DNA from: Gaiellaceae bacterium
GTDB lineage: Bacteria; Actinomycetota; Thermoleophilia; Gaiellales; Gaiellaceae
NCBI GenBank assembly: GCA_035535195.1
Contig: DATLQK010000026.1
Coordinates: 42,408 to 106,407 of the forward strand
Length of the DNA stretch: 64,000 nt
Direction: 5' to 3'
Below, piece by piece: positions 58,953 to 64,000 of this stretch. Position 1 is the stretch's first letter. The number at the start of each line of letters is the position of its first letter. Below the pieces are notes generated by a model. It was not told the origin of the DNA. It worked only from the letters and a program-made list of their open reading frames with translations, and did not search any database. A program made the position numbers and the translations under genes.

Positions 58953-60719
58953 ATGAAGATTCTCTTGACAGCCCTGGCGGCATTGATCGTGGCGGCGCCC
59001 GCAGCGGCGGCGCCACCCCCGAACGACAACCGCGCCGACGCGCAGCAGGTTCCGACCTTTCCCTCTTCGGCGCACGGCTCGACGGTGGAAGCGACGACCG
59101 AGAGGCTCGACCCGCAGGTCTCCAAGTGCGGACGGGTCGACGCGACCGTCTGGTACCGAATCGACGCCGCGCCCGATGGCACGATCGTCGCGACGGCCCA
59201 GGCGGCGGGACAGCTCGCACCGGTCGTGCGGCTCTACCGGCGCTTGCAGTCGAGCATCCAGGAGGTCTCCTGCAGCACTGCCAAGGCAGGAGGCAAGGCG
59301 ATCGCGTCAGTCGCCGCCGTTCGCGGAGCGGGCTACCTGATCCTCGTCGGCCGCCGTCCCGGCGCAGCCGACGGCGAGTTCGATCTCCGGGCAGATCTGG
59401 TTCTGCCGCCGGAAAACGACGAGCGCGGCGAGGCGGCTCGCGTCGGCCGGCTCCCCGCGACGGTGCGCGGCACCACCCTCGGCGCCACGAGCGACGACTA
59501 CCGCGACTGCGGAATGAGCGGCGGCGGCGTCTGGTACCGGTTCCAAGGACCGGCGACCGGCCGGGCGCTGGTTCAACTCGACACGGGCCAACGCAGCGGG
59601 GCCGTGGCGGTCTTCCGCCGCTCTCGCGGGAGCGTGGAGGAGCTCGGGTGCGCGGCGACCGATCGCCGGGGCGGCTTGACCGCCGGCTTCGCAGCGAAGC
59701 CGGGCGCGGACTATCTGATTCTGGTCGGCGACAGGGCCGGCTCGAGCCCCGGCGCATTCGTGCTCAGGATTCGGGCGGGCGAGGCTCCGGAGCATCTGCC
59801 CGGACGCGCCCTTCCGCACGGCGGCGCGCGTGGCTCCGTCGACGGCCTCAGCGACGTCAACGATGTCTGGTCGGTCCGGATGCGGCCCGGCCGGACATAC
59901 CGGATCGCGTTCGCCTCGACTCCATGCGCGCAGCTGAGCATTCGACGTGCGAGCAAGACGCTGCGGCGCTTCTCCTGCCGCGGCTACACGAGCTTCACGC
60001 CCGGCCCCGACGGCGGCGGCCGCTACGCGGTCGAGGTCCGGGCCTCGGGCTACTCGGGACGCCAGAGGTACCGGCTCCAGGTCGTCGCGGCGGGGACCGA
60101 CGACATCGGCGTCGGTCTCGAGCTAGCCGCCGGATCGATCCACCGCGGCAAGCTGTCGCCGTCGGGCGTCGACGTCCTCGACCTTTACCACTTCGACGTC
60201 GCGCGGCTGAGCGAGGTGCGGCTGGATCTCGCCCGCGGCGCTGGGCGATCGTTCTCGCTCGTCCTGCTCACCGACACGGGACAGCGGATCGCGACCGGCC
60301 AGACCGGCGTGCGCCGCCGGCTCGGCCGCGGTCGTTATGTCGTAGCCGTCGAGGCGCCTCCTGGTACGGAAGCAGGCCGCTACCGCCTGGCGCTCAGGCT
60401 CCGCGACGTCACGTCCACGACCGTCCTCGTCTCGGGCTCGCGCTCGGCCGAGGTCACCCCCGGATCGGTCGTCTCGATCTCATGCAGCGTGTCCCCGGCG
60501 ACCACCGGTGGGCGGATCGAGCTCCAGATCGACCGCTTCGACCCCCTTACCGGCTGGCACTTCCACCGCAAGATCCGAATCGCCGCCGGCTCGGCGCTGT
60601 CGTGGCGGCCGCCCACGGCCGGACGTTGGCGCGTGCGGGCGCGGTTCCTCGGCACCCGCGGCTCGGCGCCCAGCCGCAGCGGCTATGCGCAGATCGTCGT
60701 CGCGAGGCCGATCGGATGA
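58953..60719 (+). CDS. secreted multi-domain beta-sandwich protein (two PPNDN-type modules, PPC-like modules)
   Basis: The ATG at 58953 gives MKILLTALAALIVAAPAAAAPPPNDN, a signal peptide. Two modules share the pattern P-[PE]-ND..A....G.T.GAT...........VWYR[IF]. Later repeats resemble pre-peptidase C-terminal domains (DVLDLYHFDV...LVLLTDTGQRI). No catalytic motif was seen. Confidence 0.7.
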   Translation: MKILLTALAALIVAAPAAAAPPPNDNRADAQQVPTFPSSAHGSTVEATTERLDPQVSKCGRVDATVWYRIDAAPDGTIVATAQAAGQLAPVVRLYRRLQSSIQEVSCSTAKAGGKAIASVAAVRGAGYLILVGRRPGAADGEFDLRADLVLPPENDERGEAARVGRLPATVRGTTLGATSDDYRDCGMSGGGVWYRFQGPATGRALVQLDTGQRSGAVAVFRRSRGSVEELGCAATDRRGGLTAGFAAKPGADYLILVGDRAGSSPGAFVLRIRAGEAPEHLPGRALPHGGARGSVDGLSDVNDVWSVRMRPGRTYRIAFASTPCAQLSIRRASKTLRRFSCRGYTSFTPGPDGGGRYAVEVRASGYSGRQRYRLQVVAAGTDDIGVGLELAAGSIHRGKLSPSGVDVLDLYHFDVARLSEVRLDLARGAGRSFSLVLLTDTGQRIATGQTGVRRRLGRGRYVVAVEAPPGTEAGRYRLALRLRDVTSTTVLVSGSRSAEVTPGSVVSISCSVSPATTGGRIELQIDRFDPLTGWHFHRKIRIAAGSALSWRPPTAGRWRVRARFLGTRGSAPSRSGYAQIVVARPIG

Positions 60720-60886
60720 CGGTCGCAGAAGAAGCACAGCTGTATCTCGCGGTCGTCGAGGTCTTTCGGGCCGAGGGCCACGAACCGCACTGGCAACCGG
60801 AGTGGCTGGTGCCTCCGGTGCCGCGCCCCTGGTCTGCGCAGCCGAAGCCGCTGCGCCTCGACCGCAACAAGCAAAGGAGGAAGTGA
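60716..60886 (+). CDS. conserved 56-aa protein S2, paralogue of S1
   Basis: MTVAEEAQLYLAVVEVFRAEGHEPHWQPEWLVPPVPRPWSAQPKPLRLDRNKQRRK. Its ATG overlaps the upstream stop (ATGA), and its TGA overlaps the next ATG (TGATG). Confidence 0.5.
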   Translation: MTVAEEAQLYLAVVEVFRAEGHEPHWQPEWLVPPVPRPWSAQPKPLRLDRNKQRRK

Positions 60887-62541
60887 TGAGACGGATTCGG
60901 ATGCGAATCCCGATGCTCGTGGTGGTGCTGACGGCGGCGCTCCTGACAGGAACCGCCGCCGCCGCGGCGCCGGACAACGACAACTTCGCCTCGGCGGCCG
61001 AGCTGCAGGGTCGCGAGGCGTCCGCGTCCGGGACGAACAAGGACGCGACCAAGGAGGCTGGCGAGCCGAACCACGTCGGAAAGGCCGGAGGCGCCTCGGT
61101 CTGGCACCGGTGGACGGCGCCGGCGAGCGGGAAGGCGACGATCTCGACCTGCGACAGCGACTTCGACACGCTGCTCGCGGTGTATACGGGCAGCGCGCTC
61201 AACGCCTTGACCGAGGTCGCCGCCAACGACGACGCGACGTGCGACCTGGCGAGCTCCGTCTCGTTCCAGGCCGCGAAGGGCGAGACGTACCGGATCGCGG
61301 TCGACGGCGTCGCCGGCGATGTCGGGACGTACCACCTCCTGCTCCGGCTCGCGCCGCCGAACGACGACTATGCAGACGCGGTCACCTTGTCCGGTGACCA
61401 GGGGGCCGTTGACGGCACGACGGCCGGCGCCTCCCGCGAGCCTGAGGAGCCGGACTACCTCACTCGCTCTGTCTGGTACCGCTGGACCGCGCCCTCGACG
61501 GGGTGGGCGACCTTCGAGGCCTGCGGAGGTGCGCTACGCCCCGGGCTCGCGGCGTACACAGGCACCACGCTCGCGACGCTCCAGTGGGTCGACTCGCATT
61601 ACAACGAGTGCGCCGACGGGGCTGCCCGGATCGCGTTCGCCGCGACCGAAGGCGTCATCTACAGCCTTGTGGTGGACAGCTACGAGGACACCGGTGACTT
61701 CGCGCTGGCATGGAACCGGAACGCGCCACCGCCGGATGGACCTTTCAACGAGGTCGAGCCGACGATCACGGGCAGCGCCCGCGTCGGTGAGACGCTCACC
61801 GGTTCAGACGGAGAATGGTTCGGGACTCCGCCGCTCTCGCTCACCTACTCGTGGTGGCAGTGCGGTACCGGCGGGTGCAATCGAATCGCCGGTGCGACGG
61901 CGAAGTCGTACGTTCCGACGAACGCTGACATCGGCAGGCGCCTCTACTTCCAAGTGATCGCGTCGAACGCGGCCGGCTCCGACTACGCCTTCTCGGAAGG
62001 CACCGCGCCCGTGCGCTCCCGTGGTCCGGCGCTCGTCTCCCCGCCGAGGGTGAATGGGGTGGCGCGAGTCGGTCTCCTGATCGACGCGGCCTCTGGCGCC
62101 TGGAGCGGTATGCAGCCGATCCAGTACGGGTACCAGTGGCAGCAGTGCGATGCCGCCGGGGCCAACTGCCGCGACCTCCCGAACGAGATCGGCATCGTGT
62201 TCGAGGTCGGGCGGGCGCACGTCGGCTCACGGCTGCGCGTCGTCGTCACGGCGACGAACGTCGACGGTTCTGTGTCGGCCACGTCCGAGCCGACCGCCGT
62301 CGTGCCGAAGCCGCGGGCGACACGGGCGGCCCGCTGTCTCGTGCCGAACGTCCGCGGACGAACCCTCTTGCGGGCCAAGGCCCTAATCCGGCGCGCAGGT
62401 TGCGTCACTGGATCGGTCAGACGCGCCTTCTCGAGCTCGATGCGCCGCGGTCGGGTGCTCTCGCAGACACCTCGGGCGGGAGCCCGGGCCCGCCGCGGCG
62501 CCAAGGTCAAGCTCGTCCTCAGCAAGGGAGCTAAGCGATGA
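60886..62541 (+). CDS. secreted protein: two PPNDN-type modules, two Ig-like repeats, C-terminal PASTA-like domain
   Basis: From the ATG at 60886 (SD AAAGGAGGAAG): MRRIRMRIPMLVVVLTAALLTGTAAAAAPDNDNFA...EAGEPNHVGKAGGASVWHRWTAP...FDTLLAVYTG...AANDD. Repeats G..RVGETLTGSDGEW.G.PP...TYSWWQC / GVARVGLLIDAASGAWSG.QP..YGYQWQQC. Tail: CLVPNVRGRTLLRAKALIRRAGC..G.V...RGRVLSQTPRAG...GAKVKLVLS. Confidence 0.8.
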   Translation: MRRIRMRIPMLVVVLTAALLTGTAAAAAPDNDNFASAAELQGREASASGTNKDATKEAGEPNHVGKAGGASVWHRWTAPASGKATISTCDSDFDTLLAVYTGSALNALTEVAANDDATCDLASSVSFQAAKGETYRIAVDGVAGDVGTYHLLLRLAPPNDDYADAVTLSGDQGAVDGTTAGASREPEEPDYLTRSVWYRWTAPSTGWATFEACGGALRPGLAAYTGTTLATLQWVDSHYNECADGAARIAFAATEGVIYSLVVDSYEDTGDFALAWNRNAPPPDGPFNEVEPTITGSARVGETLTGSDGEWFGTPPLSLTYSWWQCGTGGCNRIAGATAKSYVPTNADIGRRLYFQVIASNAAGSDYAFSEGTAPVRSRGPALVSPPRVNGVARVGLLIDAASGAWSGMQPIQYGYQWQQCDAAGANCRDLPNEIGIVFEVGRAHVGSRLRVVVTATNVDGSVSATSEPTAVVPKPRATRAARCLVPNVRGRTLLRAKALIRRAGCVTGSVRRAFSSSMRRGRVLSQTPRAGARARRGAKVKLVLSKGAKR

Positions 62542-63811
62542 GCTGATCATCGGCGTCTGACCGCGCCCCTCGCCGGAGACCCGGGTGCACCTGGGTCTCC
62601 GGCGTCCACGTGGTCCGACCCCGTGCCCTCACCGCGGCGCCCGCGACGAGCGCCATCACACCGGTCTGCACCGCGGCGCAGAGCGCGAACACCGGCGCGA
62701 CGCCGACGAGGTCGAGCAGCGGGCCGGCGCCGAGGATCCCGATCGGCATCGCGAGGGCCATGATCGTCATGAAGCTCGAGAGCACGGTGGCGCGGAGCTC
62801 GGGCGGGATGCGCAGCGTGATGATCGCGTGGAGGCTCGGGTTGATCAGGCCGTTGGCGAGCCCCGAGGCGCCGAGGACCGCGACCGCGGCCCAGGCCGGT
62901 ACGTGGAGGACGAGTAGCCAGAGCGGGAGCGCCTGACCGAGCGCGACCCGTGCGATCAGGGTCAGGCCGTCCATGCGCTTCACCAGCCGGTAGGCGACGG
63001 TGTTCCCGATCACCGCGCCGACGCCGAACGCGGCGAACATCGCGCCGACGATGCGCGGGTCGGCGTCGTAGCGCGTCACCACCAGTACCGGCAGCGCGAT
63101 GAAGATCGCCTGCCAGGCCATGTCTCCGACGATCAGGCTGAAGCGCCAGGCGCGGACGAGCGGGTCGCGGGCGACCCACCGCAGCCCGGCGCGGAAGCCG
63201 CGATCCTCGTCGGTCGCCGGCAGCGGCTTCGTCGCGGGGACGAAGAGCCCGAGGAGCAGGACGGAGACGCCGTAGGTCGCGGCGTCGACGAGGAGCACCG
63301 CCGGCGCGCCGATCAGGCCGATCAGGACGCCGGCGAGCGGGGGGCCGAGCAGGAGCGTGATCCTGTTCGCGCCCTGGAAGAGCGCGGAAGCCTGGCTCAC
63401 GACCCCCTCGTCCTCGCCGAGGAGCTCCGGCACGATCACGCGCTGCGCCGCGAAGTGCGGCCCGGTGAACGCGCCGATCGCGAAGGCCACGCCGACGATC
63501 AGCCCGAAGGGGAGCGCGCCGGCCCAGTGGCAGACCGGGATCACGAGCATCAGCGGCCCGCGACAGGCGTCGCAGAGCAGCATCGTCCGCCGCGCACCGA
63601 CGCGATTCATCAGGCGGCCTCCAACCAGGCCGGACAGTGCAATCCCGATCGCTTCGAACGCGATCACGACGCTCATCCGCGTCGCCGAGCCGCTTCCGAT
63701 CAGGACGAACCAGGGCAGTGCGACCCAGGTCATCTGCGCCCCCGAGGTGGAGATCGTCTCCGCCGCGAGGAGCGCGCGCAGGGGTCCGCGCCTGAGGACG
63801 CTCGTGTCCAT
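62531..63811 (-). CDS. MFS transporter (MFS_3/EntS-like)
   Basis: 426 aa with 12 TM helices. GGRLMNRVGARRTMLLCD falls in loop 2-3. ATGA overlap with the upstream MFS gene. Confidence 0.82.
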   Translation of the reverse strand: MDTSVLRRGPLRALLAAETISTSGAQMTWVALPWFVLIGSGSATRMSVVIAFEAIGIALSGLVGGRLMNRVGARRTMLLCDACRGPLMLVIPVCHWAGALPFGLIVGVAFAIGAFTGPHFAAQRVIVPELLGEDEGVVSQASALFQGANRITLLLGPPLAGVLIGLIGAPAVLLVDAATYGVSVLLLGLFVPATKPLPATDEDRGFRAGLRWVARDPLVRAWRFSLIVGDMAWQAIFIALPVLVVTRYDADPRIVGAMFAAFGVGAVIGNTVAYRLVKRMDGLTLIARVALGQALPLWLLVLHVPAWAAVAVLGASGLANGLINPSLHAIITLRIPPELRATVLSSFMTIMALAMPIGILGAGPLLDLVGVAPVFALCAAVQTGVMALVAGAAVRARGRTTWTPETQVHPGLRRGARSDADDQLIA

Positions 63812-64000
63812 CAGGCGGCCTCCGCCGGGGCCTCGCGCAGGCGCGGGATCGGCGAGAAGACGAGGAAGATCACTCCGGCAAGGGCGCCGAGCACCCCGAT
63901 CCAGAGCGTCGTGTGGAGCCCGATCGCGGTCCCGAGCGCCCCGCCCAGCAGCGCGCCGATCGGCCGGATGCCGTAATTGACAAACCGGAACGTCCCGCTC
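63811..64000 (-). CDS. MFS transporter, C-terminal fragment (5' end beyond right edge)
   Basis: Hand translation ...SGTFRFVNYGIRPIGALLGGALGTAIGLHTTLWIGVLGALAGVIFLVFSPIPRLREAPAEAA-stop. The TGA overlaps the ATG of 62531..63811. Confidence 0.55.
   Translation of the reverse strand, partial: SGTFRFVNYGIRPIGALLGGALGTAIGLHTTLWIGVLGALAGVIFLVFSPIPRLREAPAEAA

Overview
The window is very GC-rich, roughly 70% by eye (not computed). It is densely packed and looks like a chromosomal segment of an Actinomycetota-type genome: rex, tsaE-tsaB-rimI-tsaD, panC-panB, uvrA, uvrB, hppA, gdh, many GTG starts and several leaderless-looking genes. A Thermoleophilia- or Rubrobacteria-like lineage is only an inference. 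I support about 60 protein-coding genes. I found no rRNA, tRNA or CRISPR array.

Housekeeping and transport:
- 0-9.4 kb: sugar dehydrogenase, TrkA pair, two permease-USP fusions, H+-pyrophosphatase.
- 9.5-15.1 kb: three tandem secreted S8 proteases, with a fourth at 20.3-22.8 kb.
- 15.1-18.9 kb: a redox-flavoured operon (glutaredoxin-like, Rex, GT4, GCS2 ligase, DUF1844).
- 19-34 kb: gdh, the t6A operon, UDG, panCB and uvrA.
- 39.3-45.6 kb: a 1262-aa secreted phosphodiesterase/5'-nucleotidase fusion, divergent from an HD-GYP-GAF-GGDEF protein.
- 45.6-47.6 kb: uvrB.

Most unusual regions:
1. 48-62.5 kb is a duplicated signalling island. It holds two about 1245-aa SARP(BTAD)-nucleotide cyclase-STAND ATPase-TPR regulators, each with a homologous divergent leader and a conserved 56-aa protein. 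They flank two Ser/Thr kinases, an XRE regulator, a roughly 37% GC operator-like island with four GCTAGT boxes, and a 28-aa signal-peptide-like micro-ORF. Secreted multi-domain proteins end the island.
2. A roughly 108-nt structured GC-rich element occurs twice (18.9 kb and 27.4 kb), with a third core hairpin at 23.86 kb. The copies differ by compensatory base-pair changes.
3. An IS200/RAYT-like tyrosine transposase sits beside a cluster of palindromic REP-like repeats. Its ORF has no stop codon before it runs over the uvrA SOS box and start.
4. Two S8 proteases share a polyproline linker and a polybasic Cys/His tail. A third S8 protease and an unrelated secreted protein end in PASTA-like domains.

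All family assignments are from motif recognition by eye, not from database searches.
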